NCBI RefSeq assembly: GCF_046119375.1
Contig: NW_027362796.1
Coordinates: forward strand, 10,726,001-10,790,000
Direction of reading: 5' to 3'
DNA length: 64,000 nt
DNA from: Phyllobates terribilis
Lineage: Eukaryota
Position 1 is the first letter of the stretch. Each line of letters begins with the position of its first letter. Below the pieces are notes generated by a model that had not been told where the DNA came from, searched no databases, and saw nothing but the letters and a program-made list of their open reading frames with translations. Positions 38,001 to 58,415 of this stretch are shown here, in pieces. The position numbers were made by a program, and so were the translations under genes.

Positions 38001-40700
38001 TAACCTCTACTGTGGGTAAAATCCTGGAGGGTTTCCTAAGAGATGCTATACTAGAATATCTGAAGAAGAATAACCTCATGATGCTATACTAGAATATCTG
38101 AAGAAGAATAACCTCATGACCCAATATCAACATGGGTTTACGAGGGACCGTTCCTGTCAAACTAATCTGATCAGTTTTTATGAGGAGGCAAGTTCCGGAC
38201 TGGACCAAGGAAATGCAGTGGATGTTGTGTATATGGACTTTTCAAAAGCTTTTGATACGGTTCCACACAAAAGGTTGATACATAAAATGAGAACAATGGG
38301 GATAGGGGAAAATATATGTATGTGGGTTAAGAACTGGCTCAGTGATAGGAAACAAAGGGTGGCTATTAATGGAACACCCTCAGACTGAGTCACAGTTAAC
38401 AGTGGGGTACCCCAGGGGTCAGTATTGGGCCCGCTTCTTTTTAACATTTTTATTAATGACCTTGTAGGGGGCATACAGAGTAATATTTCAATATTTGCAG
38501 ATGACACTAAACTCTGCAGGGTAAGCAAATGAACTTTAATGGGGATAAATGTAAGGTAATGCACTTGGGCAGAGGAAATAAAATGTATAATTATATGCTT
38601 AATTGTAAAACACTGGGCAAAACTGTCACTGAAGAAGACCTGGGTGTATTGGTGGACGACAAGCTCACGTTTGGTGGCCAGTGTCAGGCAGCTGCTGCAA
38701 TGGCAAATAAAATAATGGGATGCATTAAAAGAGGCATAGATGCTGATGAGGAGAACATAATTTTACTTCTATACAAGTCACTAGTGCGACCACACTTAGA
38801 ATACTGTGTACATTTCTGGTCTCTGGTGCATAAGAAAGACATAGCTGAACTAGAGCGGGTGCAGAGAATAGCGACCAAGGTTGTTATAAGACTGAGGGGT
38901 CTGCAATACCAAGACAGGTTATTACACTTGGGGTTATTTAGTTTGGAAAAACGAAGGCTTAGGGGTGATATTATTACTATGTACAAGTATATGAGGGGAC
39001 AGTACAAAGACCTTTCTACTGATCTTTTTACTCTGAGGCCAGAGACGGGGACAAGGGAGCATCTTCTACGTCTGGAGGAAAGAAGGTTTAATCATAATCA
39101 CAGACGCAGATTCTTTACTGTAAGGGCAGTGAGACTATGGAGCTCTCTGCCGCATGATGTTGTAATGAGGGATTCACTACTAAAATTTAAGAAGCGCCTG
39201 GATGCCTTTCTTGAAAAGTATAATATTACAGGTTATATATACTAGATTCCTTGATAGGGCGTTGATCCAGGGATCTAGTCTGATTGCCGTATGTGGAGTC
39301 AGGAAGGAATTTTTCCCCCAAGGTCGAGCTTAGTGTTTGCCACATGGTTTTTTTTTGCCTTCCTCTGGATCAACATGTTAGGCTATGGGTTAACTAGATG
39401 GACTTAGTCTTCCTTCAACCTTAAAAACTATGTTACTAGGTTACATCTGGGCCAGTAGAACCTCCGCACAACCCATTCTAAAGTTTTATCCACGTCCAAA
39501 TGGTCAAGACATGTGAATGGACCTTGTTCATCATCCTCCGTCTACATGGTCATGGTACCAACAATTGCTCCACTATTTCCTCTCTTACCTTAGTAACCCT
39601 GTACAATAAGTCCCCACTCAACATAAAATAGGGAAACCTGGTGTCAGCCCCTGGCTCTTGCGCTATACCGTTTAAGATGGTTACATTATTGAATTCCTCC
39701 TTTAGAGTTAGCTCCCAATCCTTGGCAGACCCAACCGGTCAGCCCTAAATCTGATATGTTAGCCCCAAGGGTCACTACCTCGTCATCCCCCACAAGGACA
39801 TAGAAGGGAAACCCGTCAGACTCTGAGTGTGGTGACAGTTCTTTAGGGGCGACCTGTCTCTTAATCGAGCACTGTCATCCTCCCCCAAAAGTCCCAAAAC
39901 AAACAAAAGTCGTGACCTATAATAATGGGGTGCAGTAAGTCCTAGACCATGCCAATCTCGTGGGACTCAGTATCTGGGCGCATTTCAATGTCCACTCTGG
40001 CCACTGGATAGTCTTTAGCATCCTCGTGAAAGCAATTGACGTCAACTTTCTTCCCAGGCATAAGCTGGAGAGGAAATGTGGCCCTGACGAGGGTCACCAA
40101 ACTTCCTGAGCCTAGCAGTCCAGTCACTTGCCGACCATTCCCCATTACAGGACAAGCTTTTGGCCCCTTGTTGTGTGGAAAGTTCGCACTGCAATCTGGA
40201 TACACATAGTATGAACAGTGGTGACCCAGGCTACAGTCCATCTGCTCGGAGGTCAGGGGACAACAGGGGGCTATATGGCCTGGGCCGTGACATTTTCAGC
40301 ATATAATAATGCCAGCTGGGACCTTTGGCATAACTTCCACTGAGCCTTTCGACCTTGGCACCCCACCAAATTTTTGGGTCTCCGCCCCCTGTTGGGACCC
40401 CCAGTGTGGAGTAGGTTGCCTCCCCAAGGAACCATCGACCCCCTGATATCTTTTGAACGTCTGACCAGGTTATCGGAAAGGAGTGCACAAACTGGTACAT
40501 TACCACTTGCTCTACCATCTGCTCAGGGGTAGAGGACTTTGCCTGCAACCATTTTTGGACGTGGTTCAGCAAATCAAACATTTGGTAGCGAAGGGGTTTG
40601 TCACTGTGATATGCCCAGCGGTGGACCCGTTATACCCTGACATTGTCACTCTCAAGCGTGTCTTTTAAGGCTAAGTCATAGTAGGCCTTCTGGAGCTCCC
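35097..40700 (-). mobile_element. Degenerate Gmr1-like Gypsy internal region (gag/SCAN-like, zinc knuckle, protease, integrase), split by a CR1
   Basis: On the minus strand: KWLQAKSSTPEQMVEQVVMYQF (capsid/SCAN-like), protease remnant GLLGSGSLVTLV, then integrase MDLV..VKSSCGHKYILVILDYAT..PEAVPLRN. Integrase follows protease with no RT in between, the Gmr1 order. Confidence 0.75.
35797..39445 (+). mobile_element. CR1 LINE with ORF1 SGNH esterase and ORF2 (APE + RT), degenerate
   Basis: ORF1: VVGDSIIRG, HIGTND, DGLH. ORF2: [58 protein letters not shown]1-type 3' end at ~39430. Confidence 0.93.
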
Positions 40701-42388
40701 CCATTAAGTATGGCACCAGCACTTCCGCCCATTGCTCTGGCTAGAGTTTCTCCCTCTCGGCGACCCTTTGAAAATTGGTCAAAAAGAACTGGATGTCATC
40801 ACCCTTGGTCATTTTCTGCAGGGCTCTCCTTACCGCCGTCAGGATGGGAAAATCATCAGCTGACCTTTGAGTCGAATCTGCCGCCATGCCACGAACCTCT
40901 GTTGATTAAGAAGGTTTGCTCATCTCTAGTTAGAAGTAGGGTCAGGTAATAATCTAGTCAAAACCAGGTAACAGCTTAACTAAAAATTAGCAATGTTAAT
41001 TTGGCACATACACAATGAACTATGTGACTCTGTGGATTTAGTGCAGCATCTCCACCAGCGCAATTCATTAGTCCCTACTTTAGCGTCTACTGTTAACATC
41101 ACCGTCTTATATAATACATACAGTCATGGCAGAAAGTGTATTTTGGCAAGGTGCCAACAATTTTGTCTGGCCTATTTTTGGACTTTTTTTTCTCTCTTTT
41201 AATTTTGTGTTGTTCCAGTACCCACAACAGAAATAAGCGTGTGTATAACAAAACAGGAGAAATACTTCATTTTCTGGAATAATTTCAAGGGCGCCAACAC
41301 TTTCGTCTATGATTGTATATGGAGAAATGTGAGACAATATAGAGATTAAAAATACAATTTATTAGAACGCAATTGAGAACACATAAAAATACAAAAAGTA
41401 ATTTAAGAGGGATAAATGTAATCACAAAAAGACAATAGAATGGGGCACCTGGATGAGTCCTGGATAAGTCCTAAGCATACAGCCTTAAAGGGGTATTCTC
41501 ACCTCCAAAATCCTATCCCAAAATATAGTAGGTGTAATAATAATAATAGCAAATACCTCCAATTAGAAATGTGGTATAGTTCTCCTGATTTTCTTTGTCA
41601 CTTACCCCATGTGCAGGGCATTGCAGTAGCTTAGGTATCCATGGGTATGACCACTAGCAACTAACTGTCACTATGTGAGTAGTAGTAACCTTGGATACCT
41701 AAGCTACTGCAATGCCCTGAACATGGGGTAAGCGACATAGCGAATCAGAAGAACTATACTACATTTCTATTTGGAGATATTTGCTTATATTATTATTATT
41801 ACACCTACTACATATTGGGATAGTTTCTCAGAGATGCGAATACCCCATCTTACATGTTTTTATTGCGTATATTTTTCTCTGTTGCTTTAGATTGTAATGT
41901 AATAAAGCTTATTTTTAATCCTCCCTTTATCACCTCAAACGTTTCTGCCTGTATGTATTATGTTTGTCGCTTGGATGTTAGGGGTTCAGTACCATGGGAT
42001 TTGTGAACAGATGGCTCAAGATTGGCTTAGGTCATAGTTTCATTATACTTTGATTTGTATGGAATTATATATAGAGAAATGTTATAAAATATAAGGCATT
42101 GATATTGAAAAATATTAAAATCAGATTTATTCTTGGCAGATGACTGTGGTGTCAAACCAGATACCCAAGAAAAGCGTGCCATTATTCCAGCTATACCTCC
42201 AGCCCTTCAGAGCAGAAATCAATCATCTGAGCCTTTTCAATCCGTCATCTACTTGGATCCATCACAGACTGTTAAGCAAAATGAAAGCCAGAGAAGGGAT
42301 GTCGAACATCAAATAATTCCCAGAGGGAAGAAACCATTTTCCTGTTCAGAATGTGAGAAATGTTTTGAACATAAATCTACATTGCTTA

Positions 42389-49168
<6,780 letters not shown>

Positions 49169-51038
49169 TAGTCATTTCCTTGTTATTAAAATAATTTTGA
49201 CAAATTTTACAAGAAAAAAAATCCAACAGTTACAGTCAAATTTTGGAAGAGAAAGAGAAACAATTTTTAGCACTAAAGGATGATTAGGAAATAGAGATGA
49301 GCGAATTTTCCATTAGTCCGTGTCATGAAAACCACTAACGGTGCCACCAATCCTGGACCTAAGGACGTGGGTACAGCGGAAGCCTATGGCCTACAAGTGA
49401 TTGCAAAGCAAACTTCACAGCACACTACATATGGACTGGGACACTGCTTGTTTGTGAGGTGCCAGGGTGTGGAGAAGCAGCAGCTTACCCACGGCTACTG
49501 CCTTAGGCACCATACACTGCCACCAGTCACGGTTTTACAACGCCAGCAAGTCGCCTTTACTTGGCAACACACTGGGACATATGCACATCCAGCTTTCCCA
49601 AGCTCCTGAGCAGTTCACTACTTTCACTCTGGCTACCTGGTAACGCAACCAAGCTAATTTCTCTCTCGAGATTGTGGGTACGTTAAAGCAACGAAAAACA
49701 AATATATTAAATGTTAGATTTAATAGCCAAAAGTATTACAGTGCTTAAAAAAGTTACAAATCGAGCAAAAACAAAAAGTCATACATAAAACAAACAGTCT
49801 AATAAAAAGAATGAATAAACCTTACATGACTGGACCATGAGATTTCTTTGCGGGGAAGATGCCACCGAAAAGGTTGTGGTACTGAACGGCCATACGCATG
49901 TGGTTCTTCGGGATCTGACCTCGATATACGGTAGAAGAGATATTATAATAGGTCTCATCAGACCCTTCACTCCCCCTTCTGCTGAGGGAAGAAGGAGACG
50001 GCTTATAATATTTGATTCTAATCCAGTTTTAGCCCTCATTTCTGATGTGGGTCATATTTTTTCCAAGGAACATTCCATAGAAACAATATGGCTGTCATCT
50101 ATACATACCACACATGAAAATTATCTATCATAATTCGGGGAGATATTGCGCTCATGTGGATTGCCAGTTACCAAAACTTTTCCAATTTTACCCAAAGGTG
50201 CGAATCTGCTCCCCGATCATGGATATATCCATGGATTCTGTAAAACTAGAATTATAATATAAAAAACTTTAAAATATTGTTCTACATTCTCCCAGCTGGG
50301 CAGTACAGACAGAGTGACTGCACAAGATGAAAGCCCCAGCCTCTGCATTTAATACTCATGTGCCAGTGGAGCCATACAGGGACACATCTGATGGTCCAAA
50401 TAGTTATCCAACAGTGACAGCTACCTGTTCATTACTCTGTATAAAGACTCCATGTCTGCTCTCCATCAGATAACCTGCTTCAATTAACTGTTCACAGCGG
50501 GTGGTGCAGGCAGTGATCAGATGCCCCCAGCCTTTGATCTGCATAACTCCATATATGACAGTCCAAATCAGCCAAAAAAAATGTTTTCTACCCAATTGAT
50601 CAGTTAAAAATTGAAAATACTTCAAACTCTCCATTTCCCTGTAAAAGACGTGTATGACACTCTAAGGTTTCCCAGGACTATATCCAAACCCTTTAAAGCA
50701 AAGCTAGCCTTAGTAATGTCAAAATGATGCTTTTTGCGTTACAGCCTATAATTGTCACTGGCAGATGACATGGCGCGTCTTACCTCTATATTACCCCATC
50801 CTTTACTAATAATATTACTGGGCCTGTCTCTGGTGTTTAAAGTGACACCTTATTATAAACTGATACCCAGAACTGAACTGCATATCCGAGATAAGGCTAC
50901 ACTAACACTTTGTAATGTAGTAGTGTTACGCTCCCGCGAGTTCATGCCTCTTTTAATACATGAGAATATCTTGTTGGCTTTAGAAGACACGGATTAATAT
51001 TAAATTAGGTGATTTCATATGTGTTTTGCAAGTACAAT

Positions 51039-51495
51039 CCAGATCCTTCTCTACCAGTGACTCTCCTAGTTTAACTCCCCTGAGCATACAATGACGGCCG
51101 ATTATTATACCCAGATCCTTCTCTACAAGTATCTCTCTTAATTTAATTATCCTAAACATACGATGACTGCACATTATTACAATCAATCCTTCTCTACCAG
51201 TGACTCTCCTAGTTTAACTCCCCTGAGCATAAGATGACGGCAGATTATTATGCCCAGATCCTTCTCTACCAGTGACTCTCCTAGTTTAACTCCCCTGAGC
51301 ATACAATGACGGCCGATTATTATACCCAGATCCTTCTCTACAAGTATCTCTCTTAATTTAATTATCCTAAACATACGATGACTGCACATTATTACAATCA
51401 ATCCTTCTCTACCAGTGACTCTCCAAGTTTAATTACCCTAAATATACGATGACTGCACGTTATTACAAACAGATCCTCATCTACAAGTGATTTTC
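51039..51495. repeat. 72-bp tandem repeat (~6.3 units, two alternating variants)
   Basis: The unit motif (CC)AGATCCTTCTCTAC or variants recurs near 51039, 51111, 51183, 51254, 51326 and 51398. Confidence 0.9.
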
Positions 51496-52104
51496 TAACA
51501 CGGGACTCAGTAGTTTTACTGTTTTAATATAATTAATAAGTAAGTTTAATAGTGGACCCATCACTGAATCTTGGGGTGCACCTCTCATACTCAAGGCCCA
51601 TTCATAGCACCAATTATTTACATGAGGGCTCATTCAGATGTCCATGCAAATTGGCTAGAAATCAGGATTGGCTCCAAACTAGACATTGTCAAATAAAAAG
51701 GTCTGAGAAAAATGTTTCAGGAAAATGTTTTTTTTTCCAAAAATCTCAACGTGAACACAGTCTTAATTTTTTATTAAAAGATTATTAGACAATTTTAGAC
51801 AAACGTCTTTTAATGATTTGAGTGTTTTTGAAAAATACCAGCTTAGAGTGACTAGGAATATTTGTAATTGGAATATGATCTCGCTTACTAAAACACGGAT
51901 GACCAGGAGGAATAAACTCTCCATTTCCCGAGACTAATAGACTAGAGGATTTCAGTCCTGGCCCTAGGAGGAGTGATCAGATACAATTCATCATAAATAC
52001 TCCACTGCAGAGCTAGTAATATTTACGTTGGAATGTCAAAAGATATAGTCCCACCTGTTGAGGTTTCACCTATAAGCCGAGCTTCAAAAAAGTTCACATC
52101 TTAA

Positions 52105-52881
52105 GGCTGCGTGCCCACGTTGCGTATTACAAGCGTATATGCTGCTGAATTACCGCAGAGTAAACGCATGTATATCCGCACCCCATGGTCCCCAATGGCA
52201 TTCCGCAATGTCGATGCCCATGCTGCGGATTTTTCCGCAGCGTATATGCTGCGGTCAAAAATCCGCAGCATGTTCATTAATTTTGCGTTTCCGCATGCGG
52301 ATGGTACCCAAGTCTGGAGGAGAGGAGACTCTCATTCAGACCTGGGTACCATTGTACCTGTAAAAAAAAGAATAAAATAAAGTTTATACTTATCTTCTGA
52401 TGTCTTCCCGGTGTTTTCCCGCCGTCGCGAGGTGTGTGAAGGACCTGCCACGTCATTGAGTCATGTGACACATCACATGACTCAATGACGTCACCGAAGG
52501 TCCTGCACACAACAGCGTGAGCCGCTCAAGACTCCGGACGGGGCAGAGAATGCATCGGTAGGTGAGTATAAACTTTATTTTTTTATTTTTTACCATTCTG
52601 ATTCTTTTTTTAACTATTACTGGTCACACTATATAAATCCATGCCGGTTGCATGGATTTATATAGTGTGAACAAGTTGTCAAGCACTTTCCAAGTGATGC
52701 TTGAATCACTTGGAGAAGTGCTTGATAACCCGCATGCGGAAATGCATGCAAAGACGCCTCACAAACGCTTGACAAACGCTTCTACCTGGCGGGAAAACCG
52801 CATGTAATATCCGCATGCGATTTTCCCGCCAGGGAGAAGCGTAAAAAATATGCTTCATTTCCGCAACGTGGGCACATAGCC
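52105..52881. mobile_element. MITE, probably PIF/Harbinger-type
   Basis: TIRs GGCTGCGTGCCCACGTTGCG / CGCAACGTGGGCACATAGCC, flanked by TAA / TTA; internal palindromes. Confidence 0.75.
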
Positions 52882-52909
52882 TTACCATCATGGAAAATTA
52901 AATGTTAGG

Positions 52910-55148
52910 TGTCATGATTCCTCCCTTCAGAAGGTCAAGGGCATGGGCATGCTGAGATGTCAGTTTGTTGATAGACAGCTCAGTCATTCAATCGGGTGCA
53001 GGGGTGTCCTGAGCTGTCGGTACTTTGACAGCTCAGTCATCCAATCAGGAGACTAGGAGGTGCTGGGCTTTTTGCAGGTGTTCCATGTGGCTAATTAATT
53101 CCTTGCTACTTAGCCCAGCTCAGAACTCTGCCAATCGTAGCACTCGCTCAGTGGTGCTTTTTGCCTGAATTTCTGTGCGCTGTTCATTGATCTATTGCTG
53201 CCTAAATTTGGACCTAGTTCTGACCATCTGTTTGCTCAACCCCTTTGCTCTGATCCACTATTCTCCTGGTATTTTGACTTCGGACCCTTACCTGACTTTG
53301 CTTTTATCTTTTCCCTCATTCTTATTACATGCTCACTTGTCATCTGACCCCGAAATGTTTGACTATCCTGCCTCATGGATTGTCTGTTATAGTACGATTT
53401 CAGTTTCATTTTTTTTTCCTTGCCACCAATGGATCCAGCTTGTACTTTCTGATCAAGTGGAGAATCTGAACCAGATGGTCCAGGATCTGGCCAGGGTGCA
53501 CCAGAAGCTAGAATCTTTACAGTCCCAACTACAAGGTCAGTTTACTAGTACAATGGGTGCTTCTCAAAGCTCTTCGCTAGTGACTGTAAGTAGCATCGGC
53601 GTCTCTGCCGGGCAGAGACGCCGTTCCCCTCACCGCCGCGGTTCAGGTCCGGCATCTTTCTGCTCCCTTGCTGCTGTGGTGCGCACCGCGCGCAGCTCCC
53701 CGGGCACTGTGCTTAGGGCCCGCGCGCGCTCCCTCCCTCTTAAAGGGGCCACGCGCGCAGTCATAGAGTCCCCGGCCAATGGCCGGAGGACTTCTCCTAT
53801 ATAAGGCATCTACTCCAAAATGGAGGTGCCTGTGCAAGGTTGTTGTTCCGTGTGCTAACACTTGCTGTAGCCCTCAGGTCCCGCTGCTTTTCTGTCCTGC
53901 CTGCCAGTCTGTCTATCAGTCCAGCCCGCCAGCCTGTCTAACAGTTCTGTCCTCCTGTCTGTCTACAGTCATACCCGCCAGCCTGCTTACCTGGAGTTCC
54001 TGTCTGTTACCTGTTGTGTCCGCTAGCCTGCTTACCTGGAGCACCTGCCTGTAACCTGCTGTGCCCGCTAGCCACCCTACCTGGAGCACCTGCCTGTAAC
54101 CTGCCGTGCCCGCCAGTCTGTCTTCCCGGAGCACCTGCCTATTATCTGACGTGCCCGCCTGCTTGCCTACCTGGAGCACCTGCCTGGCTATCTGCCGTAC
54201 CAGCCTGCTTATCCACCCGGACCACCCGTCAGCCTTCCTGCCGTGCTCATCCGCTGTACTGGTCAGCTCCTGTCATCTGACCCGTGGGAGTCACCTGCTC
54301 TCACACAAGGTCAGTCCCAGAGTGGCACCTGGTCCTCCTGCCCGGTTCCTCCCAGGGTCACGGACTCGACTGAGCCGCCGTGTGACCTGGGTCGGTCCGA
54401 GTAGGCACTTAGTTACGCCCCTCTGGTCCCTCCCGCAGCACAGAGGTTCCACCACCCGGACCCGTAACCATGTAGTTATGACTTCTGTACCCTCTGATGT
54501 GCACTTGATCTCTCCCGAACCAATGGTGGCAGTTCTGGATACATTTTCGGGGGAGAAAGCAGTTTAGGGTCTTCAGGCAGAGCTGCAGATTGTTTATTAA
54601 GTTACGACCCCAGTCTTCAGGGAATGAGTCAGCGGGTAGAAATAATTATGTCCCTGCTGTGGGGGGGGGGGCCCCAGATTTGGGCATTTCCTTGTCCTCA
54701 CAAGCAACAGAACAATGTTTTGTTGACACCTTAAGGATAATTATGATGACCCTGGTAGGGTCCAGGTCGGAGAGGCAGAGATCATGAACCTGACACATGG
54801 GGGCTGCACTGCCGAGTACTATAATTTCAAGTTCTGGCAATGGTCCTCTGTGTAATGATGCTGCTCTCAGGTGCCAGTTCTACAGAGGTCTTTCTGATAC
54901 ACTTAAGGACGCTCTGGCTCTGCATACTCCACCTTGCTCCTTGGGGGAGGCCATGACCCAGGCCATTCGTATGCATCCAATAATTCGGGAAAGATGTCGT
55001 AAGCAACAGAGGGTTTCGGTCATTCCTCCAGAGTCCATCCGCTTACCTGAGGCGGAACCTATGGAGGTTGGAGCTTCCAGCTCTCGGGCCGTTGAGAGGA
55101 GATGTCGGCTTGTTCTCGGACCAACAGAAGATACAGATAGAAAGATTT
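52910..55148 (+). mobile_element. Degenerate Ty3/Gypsy 5' portion (LTR-like region and gag remnant), truncated
   Basis: gag-like peptides DQVENLNQMVQDL, DTFSGEK, RQSCRLFIKLRPQSSG, FYRGLSDTLKDAL and EPMEVG (PEG10/RTL-type gag pattern). Confidence 0.7.
53585..54470 (+). mobile_element. Solo-LTR-like insertion in the gag remnant
   Basis: Starts TGTAAG, has a hairpin GGCGTCTCTGCC-GGGCAGAGACGCC, and ends CCGTAACCA; related to 60302-61111. No clean TSD. Confidence 0.6.
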
Positions 55149-56780
55149 AATGGAGACAGCACCGACCTCCACCTGCAGAGCCGCCACCACATATATGGCT
55201 GCTCTGTGCGCACAGGAGCTGTGATGAGGTCACAGGAGGGGAGGAGTCAGGGGTCACATGATCAGGGGCCTCAGTGGATGCAGGACTCTGCTGTGCTGGT
55301 TGTCATGGTGCTGGATGAGCTGAAGTTTATGTGTGGGGTCAGGAGGGGTTTACAGTGTGGATGTAGCAGAGCCGCGTGTGTACGAGGTGTACAGAGCAGA
55401 GCCGTGTGTGTACGAGGTGTACGGAGCAGAGCCGCCTGTGTACGAGGTGTACGGAGCAGAGCCGCGCGTGTACTAGGTGTACGGAGCGGAGCCGCGTGTG
55501 TACGAGGTGTACGGAGCGGAGCAGTGTGTGTACGAGGTGTACGGAGCAGAGCCGGGTGTGTACGAGGTGTACGGAGCAGAGCCGCGCGTGTACGAGGTGT
55601 ACGGAGCAGAGCCGCCTGTGTACGAGGTGTACGGAGCAGAGCCGCGCGTGTACTAGGTGTACGGAGCGGAGCCGTGTGTGTACGAGGTGTACGGAGCGGA
55701 GCAGTGTGTGTACGAGGTGTACGGAGCAGAGCCGGGTGTGTACGAGGTGTACGGAGCAGAGCCGCGCGTGTACGAGGTGTACGGAGCAGAGCCGCGCGTG
55801 TACGAGGTGTACGGAGCAGAGCCGCGCGTGTACGAGGTGTACGGAGCGGAGCCGCGTGTGTACGAGGTGTACGGAGCGGAGCCGCGTGTGTACGAGGTGT
55901 ACGGAGCGGAGCCGCGTGTGTACGAGGTGTACGGAGCAGAGCCGCGCGTGTACGAGGTGTACGGAGCGGAGCCGCGCGTGTACGAGGTGTACTTAGCGGA
56001 GCCGCGCGTGTACGAGGTGTACGGAGCAGAGCCGCGTGTGTACGAGGTGTACGGAGCGGAGCCTTGTGTATACGAGGTGTACGGAGTGGAGCCGCATGTG
56101 TACAAGGTGTACGGAGCGGAGCCTTGTGTATACGAGGTGTACGGAGCGGAGCCGCATGTGTACGAGGTGTACGGAGCGGAGCCGCGCATGTACGAGGTGT
56201 ACAGAGCGGAGCCGCGCGTGTACGAGGCGTGCGGAGCCGCGCGTGTACGAGGTGTCCGGAGCGGAGCCTTGTGTGTACGAGGTGTACGGAGCGGAGCCTT
56301 GTGTGTACGAGGTGTACGGAGCGGAGCCTTGTGTGTACGAGGCGTACGGAGCGGAGCCGCGCGTGTACGAGGCGTACGGAGCGGAGCCGCGCGTGTACGA
56401 GGCGTACGGAGCGGAGCCGCGCGTGTACGAGGCGTACGGAGCGGAGCCACGCGTGTACGAGGCGTACGGAGCGGAGCCGCGCGTGTACGAGGCGTACGGA
56501 GCGGAGCCGCGCGTGTACGAGGCGTACGGAGCGGAGCCGCGCGTGTACGAGGCGTACGGAGCGGAGCCGGGCGTGTACGAGGCGTACGGAGCGGAGCCGG
56601 GCGTGTACGAGGCGTACGGAGCGGAGCCGGGCGTGTACGAGGCGTACGGAGCGGAGCCGGGCGTGTACGAGGCGTACGGAGCGGAGCCGGGCGTGTACGA
56701 GGCGTGCGGAGCGGAGCCGCGTGTGTACGAGGCGTGCGGAGCTGAGTGTGTACGAGGCGTACGGAGCGGAGCCGCGTGTG
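55149..56780 (-). repeat. Inverted paralog of the ZNF upstream region (~3942-4590), including a ~47-unit 30-bp minisatellite at ~55365-56780
   Basis: 55149-55365 is the reverse complement of ~4290-4590, and the array unit is the reverse complement of the 3942-4290 unit. Confidence 0.92.
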
Positions 56781-57519
56781 TTTATATTCTGTCTGTCAAA
56801 AACATGGATAGAACATGAACGTGAAAAGCAGAGGTGTGAACGAGGCCTAGGACTGACACTGCGCCTCCTTTATTTCATCCATGCTGAGCACTTCATTGAG
56901 GCTGTGGAGACGATGGGGCAGATTTATCGCAGGTTCATGCTGTTTGATCTATGTGCACGTGTTTAGACTAAGTTTACACAAACCACTAGGTGGCGCTTCC
57001 TCTGTGCCAGGAATGTGTGCTTCCGTTTTGCAGCATTTTTCAATGCGCGGTGCCTCGCTCTAGACCACGCCCCTTTCCAGTAAGGCGACGCCCAGTTGTT
57101 GCAGAATGTCCTGAATAAGGTATAAATGATGAAACAAGTTGATCACATTGGCGGCTTCTGTTGAATAAAATGAGAGAGTCGTAGCTGTGGAATATTGTAC
57201 AATGGATAATACAAAAAAAATAGGACTCGCACACCTTTAATTAATCCTCTATGTGGCCAATATACTAACATACTAATACTCGATGTGTCAGCGCACTGCG
57301 ACTACTGATTACATGAACTCCAATATTGCTGTAAACATTAGGTGCTTCGTTAGCGTTTTTTGATCAACAAGCACAAAGCCTCCAACCACGTCAAGGTGAC
57401 CTTTTAATATGAATGGTCCCTAACAACTATATGTCCTACCTCTCTATGTGCCAAACCTTGTGTTGGAAAGATAGGTGGATAAGGGTGTTGAGCCCTGGAG
57501 GGGGCCATAGTGTGCTGAC

Positions 57520-57700
57520 TAGTGATGAGCGAGTATGTTCGGTTAACCCTTTCGGCGAGTATGCTCGGGCGAATAACCGAGTATTTTCAGCGTACTCGGT
57601 GATATGTTTGAATCACTCCCGTGTGCATGATTTGCGACTGTTTGACAGCTTTAATAAATGTAAGGAATGCTTGTTTCTTAAGCATTAGTGCGCTTCTGGT
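57520..57700 (+). mobile_element. hAT terminal fragment (TAGTGATGAGCGAG...)
   Basis: Same TIR type as the right end of hAT C, followed by CGA/TCG-rich subterminal motifs. Confidence 0.55.
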
Positions 57701-58415
57701 CGGCTCTTCTGTTTACTTGCCCCTGTATCATCAAATGATGCACAACACACTTACGGTAGTCTATAGTCGCCCCAATCATTTTGATGATGGCTCCTTCGCA
57801 ATTTAGTGCAACCTCTTGAAGTGAGCTGGGTGTAAGTTAACTTTAGGAGCACGGTCTGGTCATTTTACACATTTTCGTGGATTAAACACTTTTGACTGTG
57901 CCAGGAAAGTTCTGATGTTACTTATCAATTACTTTTGTAAAGCCGCCTCTTCAGAGAGGAAGAGGACTAGAGCTCTAGCTCCACAATTTCCCAGAAGAGC
58001 ATGCATGGCTTATAAGTCTCCTCACTCTGACATGCCAGGCTTGGCTTGTCACTCTCCACAAGCAGAAATGTTATCCCGTAGACATGTTTTGTAAAGCTGA
58101 AAAGCCCAACCACATCTGCCATTGTTGTATGAGCTTGTATCGTACCGTCCATACTCCGTGAATATTATATGCCTTACAGAATACATGTCTAACTCTGGCT
58201 TGTGGGCCAAATCTGGCCCGCAGGGTTGTTATATTTGGCCCGCAATACCAGAACCGCCACCCCCATGTGGGGCTATTATTTGTATGGAGAACTAGGTGGG
58301 GCCCATCATACTGTATACTGGTTGACCCGTGACTTAGTCCAAGTTTTTCATTTTGACCCTCTGTGTGTTGGAGCTTGATATCCCTGCCTTACAGCAATGT
58401 TCTCAGGATTATATA

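Noticed and set aside
53916-54567. Pro/Ala/Cys-rich repetitive ORFs
   Set aside because: They come from short degenerate repeats (CCTGCCTG, CTACCTGGAGCA) inside an LTR.
55365-56780. CRISPR-like appearance of the regular repeats
   Set aside because: The units are contiguous with no unique spacers, there are no cas genes, and the context is eukaryotic.
55068-56966. Long ORFs of 632, 362, 265 and 260 aa (and similar ones at 3708-4706)
   Set aside because: They are translations of a 30-bp minisatellite that lacks stops in several frames on both strands; there is no domain content.
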